From the NCBI GenBank assembly GCA_964057225.1, contig OZ059894.1:8928001-8992000 (forward strand): a stretch of 64,000 nucleotides of DNA, read 5' to 3'. Positions within the stretch are counted from its first letter, which is position 1. Each line of letters starts with the position of its first letter. Source of the stretch: Auanema rhodensis. Taxonomy: Eukaryota; Animalia; Nematoda. Positions 35,701-49,737 of this stretch are shown piece by piece. The notes under the pieces were generated by a model. That model was not told where the DNA came from, made no database searches, and saw only the letters and a list, made by a program, of their open reading frames with translations. The position numbers and the translations under genes are program-made.

Positions 35701-38194
35701 TACATTGAGTATCGCCATAGCTAGACAGACATGGATGACATCATCAGAATACTTATATCCACATGTGATCTCTTACATGTAGCATTCTTAATTGGCACCT
35801 TTCATGTCATTAGGGCTGATGACAACCCTACTTGAGCATCTGATATGGCAAACAGAAGCTGTTAAGCATTCATTGCTGATAAATGAAATCGTCAGCTTTT
35901 TTTGACATTGTTCTCAACACCATCTCAAAGTGTCTGTGTGGGAACTCTGAAACTGCAAAAATGGCTAACCTGTCAAACTGCTCATTATTTTCGAAAAGAG
36001 CTGCAGTCAGGTGGTCTTGGTGTTCTGATAATCACTTTATTGCTCAAGTGACGGAGTCGATCGTGTGGTCTGAGGCTTCAATAAGCTTATCTCGTACCAC
36101 AATTTTATTGATAAGCTCATGTGAACCGGAGTGATCAAATAGAAATGGACACTCTAGTGTTGAGGTTATCATCAGAGTTTTGCTCCGAGACAATTGAAAA
36201 TCAGATACGTGAGTTGAAGTGACAACTCCACTCTCGAGGGGATTCTATTGCTCGTACCTGCTGAAGCTCAGTTAAAATGAAAAGGTTGAGTTTTTTGTTT
36301 CGCAAAAGTTAAAAACGGTTTATGACATTCCCCCCGACCATAATCTCGTACCGGCCCTGATGATGGTACGAGAATGGGCAAGACCGGTCCGATGACGACC
36401 TCAGGACGATGGGAGAGAGGCAGATGAGGTCGCGACGTCGATGTCGCCCCCAGACGGACGAGGTGAGACAGTTTGATAGATCAGTGAAACTGAAGTCCCA
36501 ATAAAGAGAATCAGAACACGGAGAAATAGTAGTAGTATTGACAGAGAGTAGAAGGATTGTGAAGAGGGTTGATGCGACTGAGGAGGTACCAAAAAAGAGA
36601 AAAAGATAAAGAGAAAAGAGAAACATATTTAGAGAGAGAGAAAGAAAATACGAGAGAAACAAATCGAACTGACGAAAAGAAAATACAAGAGGATGAGAGT
36701 ATAAGAGAACAATTCGACAGAAATCCGGTTATAAACTGCTCGTTGTCATAGCACGCCGAATAGTCGTTCACTATTACGTAACTGAATAAGGAAACGAGCC
36801 ATGCAGGTGAGTGGCCAAGGTCTTTTGTTCCTTCGTACATGATCGACCAATTTTTTTTCAATTTTGAATATGGGAGTTCAAAAGAATTGAAACTTGTAAA
36901 GAAATTAGCTGGACGAACCTCGTTGTACTTTGGTGTACATATCATTCTTCAAATCATCATCGTGCTCTCGCTTCCTATTGTTAGATGTAGCAAGAGAAAC
37001 TGTAGCAGGATTCAAACTAGGAATGATGCCATTGATCAAACTTGGGAAGCCCATTTGAACTGAGGAAAGGGCATCTGAGATAGGTAGAAAGTCAATAACA
37101 GAATCATATAACAGCTGATACCGGCATGAAGAAGTTGGTTGGGAAGTTGATTTCTCATCTGCTGTTGAAGGATTGCTAGGTCTTCAACAGTGAGTTGATG
37201 TTGAGGACGTTGTGTAGCCATAGCTAGAAGGCGTTGTTGAACGATAGCCTGAAACTAAGAATCAGTTAACAATTGAAAAAAAACATATTAATGAAGTGTC
37301 AGTAAGACAAACCTCATTAATCTGTGACATCGTGGGCTGAAGAGATGGTAATGCAGCATGCTGGGTAGTAGGAACGGTGATTCTTGGAGGAGAAAGCCGT
37401 CCAATAGAAGAAGCATTGGAGCTAGGAGTAGGCTCAGACTTCTGAAAACATTTAGAGTAAAGATATTGTATAATTCTCAGAATGATCTAACCATTCCGGA
37501 TCGGTTAGGATTATCGCTAGTAGGGAATCCATGAACACGTTTCATCTGTCGGGCATTTTCAATAACATTTTCAATTCTAAAATATAAAGTATATGTGATA
37601 TAGTTATGTTAATTATAATTTGAGATTTGTGTATTTTCATCCATTTATGATATGAATCATAGAAAAGCATCTTATCTATATGTTGCAGTATTTGGTGTTT
37701 AACATAAAGAATAAAAGAAAGAAACGAGGAGAGAAAGAGCAGGATAAGAAGAGAAACGAGGGAAAAGCTTTGATTATCAAATTGGTTAAAGCTACACCTT
37801 CTCTCCTCATTGAACATTGCACTCCTTTCTAATTGAGTTGAATTGATAAGTGAAAATAAAATAAATAATCATTATGATTGCATGAATAATGACATATTTA
37901 TAAAAGACAAAGTTCATGGTTTTTCGGTTTCTAATGAAACCTTTTCATTCATGTTTGTTTCAAGATTAGCTTGTCGTTATCGATATTTATTGATCAAAAG
38001 TCAAGATTTGTTATGAATGGTGATTGTTTAACGTACCTATCGGCTCCTTCGTAGTTGACACATCCACGACATACCGGCTCCACGTAATCAGTACACATAG
38101 CCCAGGGCCATCGGGGAAGATCACAAAGGTAACAGTGCTGACGTTGGGCAGCTTTTGAGCCCAAAGATGTGGGACCGTTCATGGCCGTCAGCAT
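32736..38194 (-). CDS. IRF2BP: Interferon regulatory factor 2-binding protein family co-repressor (C4 zinc finger + C3HC4 RING), multi-exon with a ~3.5 kb intron
   Basis: [36 protein letters not shown] zinc finger; [38 protein letters not shown]...[33 protein letters not shown]; stop at 32736. Confidence 0.93.
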
Positions 38195-39159
38195 CTGGAA
38201 TAGATGAATAGGGTAATGTGGTGAAAGAGAAGAAGAACGAAAACATGAGAATATTGAGCAAAACGATAGAGAATATTCAATATAGTAATAGTATAGCTGA
38301 TAATTAACTCAAAGAAGTGGTATATATTATCAGAAATTTTGAAAGTATAATGGACATTGTAGCAAATACGAGAAATGTTTCAACTTCATGCAAAATGATG
38401 GAACGAATTTCAGAAAATAGAAATGGCGCCAATCTATGACAAGGCCTTCATGAGGGTTTTATAGAAAGAAAGGCAGAAGAGGAAGGCTGGACATCTAGTA
38501 GAACATCTGCTGAGAATCTGATGACAGAATTGTGCTCGGTAAGAGATGAAACAAAACAAATTTTGGTTTGTTTTTGAACATAAATATCTGACCATCTGAG
38601 AATGAAATAGAAAGATATTGGGATTGGGATGAAAAACAAATGACATGAGGAAGATTGAATGTGAAAATTGAAGAAAAAGAAAAATAGATAAAAAGAAAAA
38701 GAGAGAGAGATTGAATATATAAAAAGAGAGAATTTGATAAAAGAGACCACCAATTGAAAATGAAAAAACAGACATTGGAAAAGAAATGTCTGGTCCGATG
38801 GCAAATATCTATTATTATTCAAGATGAACAGAAACGATGGCGACGGCATGTAATTTACATCTCATCAAGTCATCGAGGTCGGCTTTGTGATGAATGCGAA
38901 AATCCTTCAAAGCTCTGGAATGACAATGGTTCGGAAGATGCCCGACGATGTGGCGGTCGATGCGAAGTTTCGCTGATGCGATGCCGCATGAGCATGAAAG
39001 TAAGCTAAGACGTGTGCCAATGAGTAGAGAACAGATCTTATTGGCAGAATAAGGAGGAATTATTATGAATCATAGAAAATACAGATGAAAGATACAGTTT
39101 TGAGATAATTTAGTAGTAGCAATCGTATTGTAATCGTGATGACCAAAAATGGCCTGCTT

Positions 39160-39530
39160 TTTACTATATGGTGTCCGACGACTGACCTCGACGGAAAGAA
39201 GAGGTGGGAGGGGCAGGAAGGTTAAAGGCTGACGGCCGGTCTCTTCGGTGCTGTGGGCGGGGATTCGGACGGTCGTCTGACCAGCGATATGACGATGAAA
39301 AGAAGTGAGGAAAAAAGTTCATTAAATAAGGAAACGGGCAACAAACTCGGAAGACGGGCAAAGCGAGGGTGGACGCAAATGAAAGATAAGACGACCAAAA
39401 TATGGACTAGATTCTCACGTGAGAGTCTGGGCTTCAGAATCAAACAAATGCGTAGAAACAGAACGACACGCATGGAAATGACACATTGGCTCGAAAATAT
39501 GGGGCATCACTCCCGAAAACGTTAATCTCA
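39160..39530 (-). promoter_or_regulatory. GC-richer island upstream of IRF2BP: probable promoter and/or 5' UTR exon
   Basis: Local rise in GC/CpG, TCACGTGA at ~39415, donor-like CGAG|gtcagt on the minus strand at ~39186, no credible coding homology. Confidence 0.4.
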
Positions 39531-40869
39531 CTTCGGATGAAGGTTTCCGACAAACTTGATTCAACTTCAAGTTTAAATAGTAAACATGGTTTTCAAGAAG
39601 CTATGAAACTGTTTTTTTCCGTTTTTAAAAAAGGAAGCATGTCATCATTATGACAGTACCAATGCAGATAACTTTTTTCTTGCAAAATTTATGAGAGAAG
39701 TAGCGATATGAGGCTTAAAAGCTGAAAAAACGACAAGAAAAAGTCTATTTCATCGACCGTTCATGAAATGTACTTTGAAAACATCGAGAAAGATATATAA
39801 GAAGTGATTGTTAAGTGTTCTATAGTACAGAATACATGAGATCTTAGGATATTGCTCTATATGAGCTATCAGGTTTTGAAAAAAAAAACTAGAAAATTCA
39901 AGAAATTCAGTACCACATGACGAGAACGCTGAATATCTTGTTGAGGCATCACTAAGCGTTCTACTTATGCAACAACATGTATTAAAGTAGTTTTCTTATT
40001 CAATGTCTGACGGCTAGTCATTGTTCGGAAAAAATGGAAAAAAGGGTCAAGTTCTAACCAGAATATCAGAAAACCCTGATAATGTTTCGATGAATCACAT
40101 AACAACTCTGGAAATCATTAATGAGATATGATATTCAGCAAATACAAATAGAAGACCAAAATAAGAAAGATACAGATTTTTGAGTGGAAAAGTAAGAAAT
40201 CAATTAGCTTCAACGATCATACTGCTCTAGCATTCCATGGAAGTTTGTCATTTCAAGTCAATTTGAAATTTTAATCTACTTCAACATAACTCTTGAAACA
40301 TACACTTTCTCTCTTTTAATAAAGAGAAAGAGAGGGGTGAGAGAATTGCTACGTTTAACGAACTGATAACATGCTTGATAACAACATTAAGCTTGTTCTG
40401 TACTTTGTTCTCGTAAACTATCTTCTGATTTAGATGCCCGGAAGAGATGGAGCACCTCAACTATTTGGTTTTTTTTTGATAAAAATGGTTGTTTGGTCAG
40501 AAATATGACTAGCTTCAATAGTTCAAATGTATAGATAGTGTAGTTTAGGCTTCGAGAGATATACATATGCATTTCAAAAATTTTAGTACAGAACCTATGA
40601 CTTATAGATGACGATACAAAGTATAGCGTTCGGTAATGAATCCATTACGTCTGAATCTTTTCACGATAGACGCTTACGAAGCAGTGATGTCATCAGGAGT
40701 TCTCAGGAATCATTCGATAGCATATGAGTCAGCTATACGATGTTTCATATACATATATGTATGTGCAAGAAATACTCAAGTTTAACATAAAAAAGGAAAA
40801 TTTTTTTTCTTTTCTATTCGAAAAGCAGAAAAGAGTAAGTTCAACTAAAAAAGGGAGAGAGAAATATGT

Positions 40870-40908
<39 letters not shown>

Positions 40909-40932
40909 GAGAGAGAGAGGGGGGGGAGAGAG
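40870..40932. repeat. (GA)n microsatellite
   Basis: Visible AG run with a short G tract. Confidence 0.9.
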
Positions 40933-42563
40933 ATCCAAAGTCATAGATGATAATATCAAACGATAATCACATTTCTTCTAATTTTAGAGAAAAATCAGTA
41001 AGAATAGCTATGAACTCGAAAGATTTCATTTGGAGATTTCTCTTATCAACAGCTAGCTAGCGAAAAACGTCGGAGCATATTCCGTTTTCACTTGGCGTCA
41101 CCATTCTCATAAGGTCTGATACTTCAGACTGATTATCTAAAGCTAAAATGTATGTCGCCAGATGTTATGGTTATAATTAAAACTGAAAAAAGATGAAAAA
41201 TACAAATATGTAGCATTTTCCGGGATTGCCCAAAGGACATGAAATCTGAAAATGAGCAATTACAAGAGAAAATTAAATAGTTTGATGTAACATAATCAAA
41301 TTGCAAGACCTGCAATGATTTAAAGATAAGAAAGATTGCGAGAGAGAGGGTGAAAGGAAAAGTAGTGCAACTTCGTTCAGTTATTTTCTTGAAGCAAAAG
41401 CTACGTGAATCAGCGGAAAGCAAGACGTTTAATCTGCTGGAAGCACGAAGAACGTAAACTGAGTTCAGTAGGTTCTCAGAATTGGCTTTAGAGAAGAGTA
41501 AGTGGGATGTACATAGCAAGCAGAAGTGACCAAACATGACGTGGTCTCACCACGACCAATACGGAAGTATCCTCCGTATAGAAGCTTTCTATTGTAGACA
41601 ATTGCTATACCACAAACAGTTCAATCTGTCTGTTCGTCTTTCGTTCGTTTTCCTTTCCATCTTGTCGAAACCTTCGTATTCCTCTAACTCTCTCTCTTGC
41701 TCTCTCTTTCATTCTCAATCTTTTCACTCTCTTTCATCTCTATCAGTTTAATTTTCGTTATAGGAAGAGTTGTCTGCTTTCTATCGTCTCTTCTCCTACA
41801 TGCGCTTTCGACGGAAGTTGACGCAACTTCAACGCTAGAGATTCCTAAAGCTTCTGTTTGTGTATATAAGCCGAACAAAGGAGGGAGAAGTAAGAAGAAG
41901 GAGAAGATGACTAGGAAGTAAACTACGATCAAAATCAAAATTTAAATTTTGGAAATCTTGTACCCGAACAACGAATAATCGTTATCCAAGACGACAGTTT
42001 ATAATGCTTATCGATAATTCTTGGATGATGAAAACACGTAAAGTGAGTTCTCAAACGGAACATAGATAGAAAAACGTAGAGATAACATTTCAAAAGGAAA
42101 AGAAATAAAAAAGAAAAAATTAAATACGAATATGAGCGTTAGATTGGAAACATCTATGAATCCGCCTGACCTTGGTAAAGCTTAGAGCAGAATGGTATGA
42201 ACTTTGTGAATTCAACTCTATTCCTCTTTGCTTCGTTCTCTTTCTCTTGTTGAGCAAGCGGAGAAATACAAACGAAACTGTAGGATATATAGAAGAGAAG
42301 GAGAAACTAGGAAAGGCGAAGACGAAATGTAAGACTGCTAGTTGGAGAGGGATAGATAGACAGATAAAGGAGGACTAGTTACGACTGGGGTCGAAGTTCG
42401 TTAGGCAAACAGTTTGTCGCCCATCCGGACTAGAATACACGCATTCACGTACGTTGCGTGGGAAAAAAACGGAGACAAATAGAGAACAAGATGGAAAGAA
42501 GTGAAGCTTGAGTTGGTGCAGTAGATTTCCTCGCAGAGTTGTGTCTCGAAAAGAATTATGTGC

Positions 42564-42566
<3 letters not shown>

Positions 42567-42621
<55 letters not shown>
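42567..42621. repeat. (GA)n microsatellite
   Basis: Visible AG run. Confidence 0.9.
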
Positions 42622-42627
<6 letters not shown>

Positions 42628-45600
42628 TGAACAGGTAAGTAAACGACAACGAAGAATACTACAAGTAAGAAATTGAGTCAAACGAGGAGGGTGTGAAGTA
42701 TTAAAGAATGAAACGAAGAGCTACCGTTCATAGTACTTGATCAGAGAAAAATGAGTTGCGATGTACATGACGTGAAACACGTGAACTAGTCTGTTTATGA
42801 TTATTTGTAAAACTTTGAAAATATAACTGAAAAAGCTTAAATTCAAAGTCCAAATAAGACATTTCGAATTTGATAAATTTTGAGAGAATATCTGAATAGA
42901 TTAGGTAGATAAGGAAAAAGGGGTTTGGAAAATTCAAGAGAGATACTAACAAACACTAATATTGAGAGAAGTAGAGTTTCGAAGCATTATAACTAACTTA
43001 TCTTGCAAGCATTTACTGCCAACTTGTCAATCAGCAGATGAATGGATAAGCAGTGTTAAGACAGCAAGTTAGATAAGATAAGCCAGTGAAGAAACGAAGT
43101 ACAGAGAGTGAAAATGGTCAAAATAATTCAAATATCAAACCACGTGTTGTGAATAATAAAAAAAAACGGAATACATCCTAGCTTTGCAATAAAGATAGTA
43201 TCCGATCATTTTACTTTTGGAACGAGAAAATCGAACATTTGATGGAAGACGAGCAGTTCGAGAATGGATCATGAACGCTGGCTGACACCATGACTGGGGG
43301 TGACGGAGAGGCCGTTCCGATTTCAATGAACTCAAGCTGGCTGCTGGTGTGAATAGACATTTGAACGATGCTAAAAGGATTGCTGACTCTAACAAGGACA
43401 CAAAAAATTTGAGCGGCCTTGTGCCAGACTGTCAGCTAACAATACGTTTGCACTTTCCTTACAACTTGACTCCGCCTACTTTGTAAGCCGGGAAAGCAGA
43501 CATCTAGTTGTTAGACAGTCTGACGAGGACAATGATGGATACGAGGACGGCATTAGCTGCAAACCAGATTTTTTTGCCGACACTATACGGGACCACGGCG
43601 TGGCACCGCCGCAAACCATTAGAACATGATAGAGGATGTAGACGAACCAGAAAATGAAAAAAAAAGAAACGATAGTTAGAGAGTAGAAAAGAAAAGCAGA
43701 AGAAAAGAATGAAGATGTGTGGTAGAAAAAAAGAAAAATGAAGAGCGGGTGAGAAATCGAGAAGCTTAATTCAACGTAATATGCGTAGAGTCGGACGAAT
43801 TCCGGACGCAAGGAAAAGAAGTGACGGAGTTGAGATGCGGCGGAAGAGAGTCAAAGAGAGAGAGAGAGAGAGACAGAGGGAAAAAAAGGAAAGAAGATAC
43901 CCGATGAGGACGTTTGTCCTCAAGGCATGTTCCGCTATTTGTACGTGTTAAAACGTGAACTTGTTTGCAGAAAAAAAAATTTTACGCAGATGCAACTGAT
44001 CCGGTGTGTATTTCCGTGCTCCACAGTTTATGACAAACGTTTCGATAGAAAACAAGTTTTTTTCAGAATATATTCTAAAGTTTGATCATGAGATAGACAT
44101 AGGTTGTACACGATATTTCCGAAATAATTGTGATAAGAGGAGAGCAAAGGTTGAGCAGCAACTGGAAAATCTGTTTAAGTTCAATGTTATACGTTTATTC
44201 GCTTCAAAAACTCGTCAATCATTACACGTACTGAAGTTTATATAGTTACTTAACAGATTTTCAAGAATACAGAGTAAGGAATTGCAGTATTTATCAAGAA
44301 AAAGAAACATCAAAGAAGTAAAAAAAGTGAAAGAAACAACTAATCATTACCAGGAAGCGAATGAAATTATGCGAATTGGAGAAATATCATCATCGATGAA
44401 CTTGAAGAAAGAAAATCAAGTTTGTACTCTCATGCAACATCAAAAACTCAGAGTATGTAAGTCGAAAATACATATAGATAGATAGAAAACGTGGAAGGTT
44501 AGTCCAATACAGTTCTTTGGGCTTGACTACCTTCATCGGCAATCGGTAATTGACTGGTTCTTCTAACGGAACGGGTCCTTAAAACGCTGATAAAGAACCT
44601 GTGCCTATGGGTTATAGTTGAATACAGCGGTGTAGCTAACCACCTTCTGTCTACTATTCTGATGTCAAAGACCATGCCATTCATTTCAACAGATACAACT
44701 AACAGATATAGCTGGTAATACATAAAAACACAGATACTATTAATAGAATCTAATGAAAAGCTTATTATAATTCAAAAATGGTAAAAGATGAACGTTCTTT
44801 AACTTTAAAATAGTTTCAACTTTGAAGCGAAAAAAGGCAAACTTGTTGGCCTTTTTGCCGATTCGCCTTTCAAGCCCATTTTTGGAACAAAAAAAGTGTA
44901 AAAATAGCAATATATTCTGAAAAAAATTATATAAAATAATGAAAAGCCTATGAACTAAAACCGAAATATTTAATAATCAAGAAAAGAAAAATGATGAAGT
45001 CTTGTCACTATGTAAGAACCGGAAAATATCATGCAAACAGTCATTATTGAGCTTAACACAGACAGGCAAAGCTGTAGCTTTAGAGCGTGATGTTGCGATA
45101 AATGACATAAATGGCAACAATAAGATAATATTCATTAATAGATGTGAGAAGTACAAAGCAGGGACATAGCGACGTAAGCTGTTGCGAGTGCAGCAGGAAA
45201 GGGAGACAACGTGATATGACAACACAGGCATCATCTATACATGCAGTTCCGGAAATGAAGGCTGGAATCATAAGACATGCCAATGCTGAGAAAGAGGACG
45301 TACAAGACTGTGAGATTGTAACTCTCACATCAAGTATCTGTATTCCTCTATATTCTATTGAAAACAAATTATCAATATAGTTAGATGAATTGAGAAGCAA
45401 GTAAAATGAGAGAATAAGAAAGAGGCATCATGATGTTGATCAACTAGATGAAGAGAGTAAAAGAAGAAAATAACCAAAGAGTAACAAGAATGTCCAGCTG
45501 GCGGCCAGTTCGCATAACTATCTTCACATTCACTGCAGAAACGAGAGACTGAGATGTTATGACAAAGGTCAAATGTAATGGCGAATGGCTGACAGAAATA

Positions 45601-47640
45601 GGCGGAGGGGTACAAGAGGAAGGTATGGCCCTACTAGGAAGAGCGCTAGGTTGCGGCCTTGGAAATACCGGATTCGGCTGGCGCGGACTGGTGCCAATCT
45701 GCAGAACCCCCGAGAGTAAGACTTGAAAAGAGTGAAATAAATATAAAGAGATTGAATACGAGAGAGAGAGAGAGAGAGAGAGAGGGGGAGAAAGAGAGAT
45801 CAAAAACGCCAACGAATATGGGTGAGGATTGATAGATAAACTTCAAAAAAAAGAAAAGAAATCACGGAGGTATGTGAAATAAACAAGGGAGCATTACTAA
45901 TATGAATGCAACCGCCTGCTACAGTGCAGACTACAGCAAATGACAAAGTTCACAGTTCACGTGAAACACGTGAAACTAGCATTGCCGCCAAAAACTATAT
46001 TTAAATGAAGATTATGCGTTTATATTGACAAAGATATATATTTTGTGAGGTCGATTTCCTTCAAATATCGTCTCGGTGATCGGAAATGTCAATAGAGAGA
46101 CTTATGTACGTGGGCTTTCATATGGTATGTGCATGTATATATGTATGTGAATTATGGGTTTTGAATAGAAGTTTATGTGCACGATAATTCAGCATAAAAC
46201 ATCTTCATATATGTGAAGAATTTATGGAGAAATCTGATGTGGGATCGTAGTTAACACTGAACAAATGCTTTTTTTCTTCGTCTCTATTGAAACGTTCGAA
46301 TTCTTCTTCAACTTGTGAAAATGACTTCCACAGTTTCAGGGTCATGATAGCTTGATGGCGTGAACATCGGATACAGCTCGGTCTAGTTATGGCAGTGTGT
46401 TATCATGCCAGAACTAGATTTCTCGTTAAAGCTTGGAAGTTCGAGAATGTTAAGGACGACGGCAAATGTTTAAGAATTTTTGGAAAAGTAGAAATGACAT
46501 AAAGAGAGAGGTAGAGAAAGGAAAAGAGAGAGAGAATGAAGAAAAAGTTTAATATTCTTTACGGATGTATCAGCTGAGAACTGTAAATAGGTTGATGGCG
46601 AAGTTGAAGAAAGAGGCATAGCTGATAAGTCAAATGATTATGATGTATCAGGTTTTAATGAAGTCATGGACAATTTTTTGAATTCAACACACTTTACTCT
46701 AGAATTTTAAACTTTTTGATTTTTATGTGATGACAACTGCAACTGGCGACATTGAGCGGGAACTCAGCCGTAAAAAAAGAGAAAAAACGTCTTTTTTCAA
46801 TTGTCTTTTGTCTCAAGCTGGACGAAAACCTTGAGAAAGATCTTCTAATGGTACTACCTCATCCAGTCCGGAATTCCGAAAAGTCAGGACGAATGTCGTA
46901 TTCGTATGTTGCTTAACGACAAATAGGAAAACTGTCGACGTAGGGCAACGGCAAAAACGAGTTTAAACTGACTCTGAACCCTGCAAGGACATTTTAGAAG
47001 CCAAGTAGAGGGAAGAAGTTGAAAGAAAGTTTGAATGAAGAGAAAGGGTAGAATTATTTTAATGGCATGATCAGTTTGAACCATTATTTTAAAATTTTGG
47101 TCTTTAATCCGTCACTATTCCGCATTTTTTGAACACTGACATCGTAACTCAAGTACAACGATGTTCATATGTCTTGTCTAAATTTGATATTTCCTTTGAG
47201 TTTTCTAGATGGCAAGTTAGAAATATGAAATGTTTTTCATGTAATTGAAAGTTTTTACCAGAAACAATAAAGGACGAGTGGATTTTTTGAGTTTAAGAGC
47301 TTTATAGAACAAGTTATATTTCATTTGCTCTTCAACTAACTAGGGAGAGGGATAACATTTTCAAAATAAAAATTGGAAAATGGGAAAAAGATGTGCAAGT
47401 ACTAGAGAATAACGTGTAAACCTTTTTGAGAAAGGATGAGATTTATACATATATAGACATAGACCAACATCTGAAAACTTGCAGCATTGCTCAGTGTGAA
47501 GAATATTGACATTGATCAGAAAAAGTGGTCATCAATGAGGGAGTAAATTTGGGTTCGAATCCGTAGCTCGTACGATGCACATGAACATAGCCACTTCATC
47601 TTCTGCTATTCATCCTACGTTTTCTCTCTATATCTCTCTA

Positions 47641-47681
<41 letters not shown>

Positions 47682-48873
47682 ATCTTTTTGTATTCTTGCT
47701 TTTTATATTTGCCTGTTTACGTTACCGTTAGGCATAAACAACATATATGGACAATCGTGAAGTGCGATTGCGAATATGTAAATAGCTAAGGAAGCCGCAG
47801 GTTGTTTGCGGTTCGAATAGTACACACTATGATGAGACGAATACGCTATAGAGATACTAATGAAGAAAGTGAATTCAACTTTTGGATGGGGATACTGACG
47901 ATTTCACTCTTCTAGATGCTCTTATCGTTACTGTTCTTTGAATTTTCTGGGTGGTCAGCGAACCATTGCATCTGGACACAGCAAGGTTAACTAGTGATCG
48001 TTTGTACGGCATGAACAGGGTCGATTTTGCTACTAACTTTGATGTTCCCTTTTCAGCTCATCAAAGAATTTCATCTGAAGGCTATGGCATCGATGACAAC
48101 GTTGTCTTCTTGGTACCTGTACGTGCTCGTCCCCGCGACCCCAACAAAACCTGTTTTGATCCCTCTTTTTTTCTTTTTTCTCTGTCAGTCTCTTCCACTC
48201 CGGGCTTCCTCCCCTCATTTCGGTTTGTCTTTCTACCTATGTCACTATTCGCTATTTCCAACCTGATATATGTATGTATCTCGTCTCTCTCTATATCAGA
48301 ATTAAAATATTTTTTTTTGCATGTGTTTGGCGTACCTCTCATGGCAAACGTCTTAGCAATGTATGTCTCTTTTGTATATATTTCCTTTCAATTTACTTAA
48401 TAATTATATATATGAGATAGAAGATTGAATCAAATCTCAAAACGAGAGGTTGGTCTGAGTAAACGAAATGTTTTTTTTTCGTTTAACAACGAGAGAAAAC
48501 CAAAACTGGTAAACCTGTCAAAATCTGAGAAATGGTCTAGCATGGAATGTTGTTGGATGAAAAAGAAAAAAAATGTTCAAATTAATATAAAAATAAACTT
48601 TGAAAAAAAATGAATAAGCCGAAAGTAATAAAGTTGACTATTGAATGAAAAAAAAAAGAAAATCGAAAGGTGATGGCATGACAACTGGTAACTGTTGGAT
48701 GAATTACTGTTGCAAATGATGATTACGACGAGAGTGAGGGTCGGTTTGTTGGCAGAAAATCCGGTCATGTTAGCCGAGACTGACAGTAAGAGAATTCGAA
48801 ACACACATTGAACTGGAAAAAAAAAGGAATTATGAAATAGAGAAGAGGGAATAGAGAAATTGAGTAAGAGATA

Positions 48874-48882
48874 GAGAGAGAG

Positions 48883-48947
<65 letters not shown>
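48874..48947. repeat. (GA)n microsatellite
   Basis: Long, near-perfect AG run. Confidence 0.92.
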
Positions 48948-48951
<4 letters not shown>

Positions 48952-49675
48952 AAGAGTAAAAGGTAAAGAAGATCAAGTAATAAAAGAATCAAAAGAAATA
49001 GAAAGAGAATAAGAAAACTGTCTGTTAGACGAGTGGGCCGTTTAGTACAGTAAATATGAAAATATGTAAAAGAAGTAGAAATATATAATATGAAACTCTT
49101 ATTTGATATAAGAAGAAAAGAAAATATAATTAATAGATTAATTAAAATTTAAAAAAAAAAGAAAATAAATTAAAAATTCCGTTTTGATTGACTGCTTAGA
49201 AGTGAAATGAGTTGAAGTAAAATGAGTTGAGTGCTACTAAGAGACAAATGCTGATATAAGAAATTTATAAAAGAAATACAAATAAATATTAAAATGAATC
49301 TATGAAATATTAAATTTAATATTTTGCAAACACATATACACATATATAGAGAAAGTAATGATATCCCGTACAGAGCAAAATGAATTTACTGGACAGCCAA
49401 TAAGTCTCTTCCATGACACCGAGTTCATTCTGTTGGAACAAAGCGTCTGTTCTCGGTTTCAGGTTTTTGCCATTCTTTTCCTCTTTCAGTAATCGCATTG
49501 AATGAGTGAGTATATGAGAAATGTGGAGAGAGAAAAGAACTAAAGAGAGAAAAAATACTATCAAAGAGAGCCGGTTGGTTGCCATGTATAAGAGAGGGGG
49601 GGGGGGGCTGTTGATTATGTGTCTGGTCTCGTTTTTGACACCATCGGCATTCATCTATTTTACTTATTACTTCTA

Positions 49676-49678
<3 letters not shown>

Positions 49679-49733
<55 letters not shown>

Positions 49734-49737
49734 CTCT
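49679..49737. repeat. (CT)n microsatellite
   Basis: Visible TC run. Confidence 0.92.

Noticed and set aside
36357-36363. CTGATGA, the hammerhead ribozyme / box C core
   Set aside because: No correctly placed stem II-GAAA-stem III, and no convincing terminal stem with a D box.
46383-46417. Hairpin CTAGTT-A-TGGCA...TGCCA-G-AACTAG starting like miR-34 (TGGCAGTGTG)
   Set aside because: Only ~35 nt long; a 22-nt mature sequence would run through the loop, so it is not a pre-miRNA.
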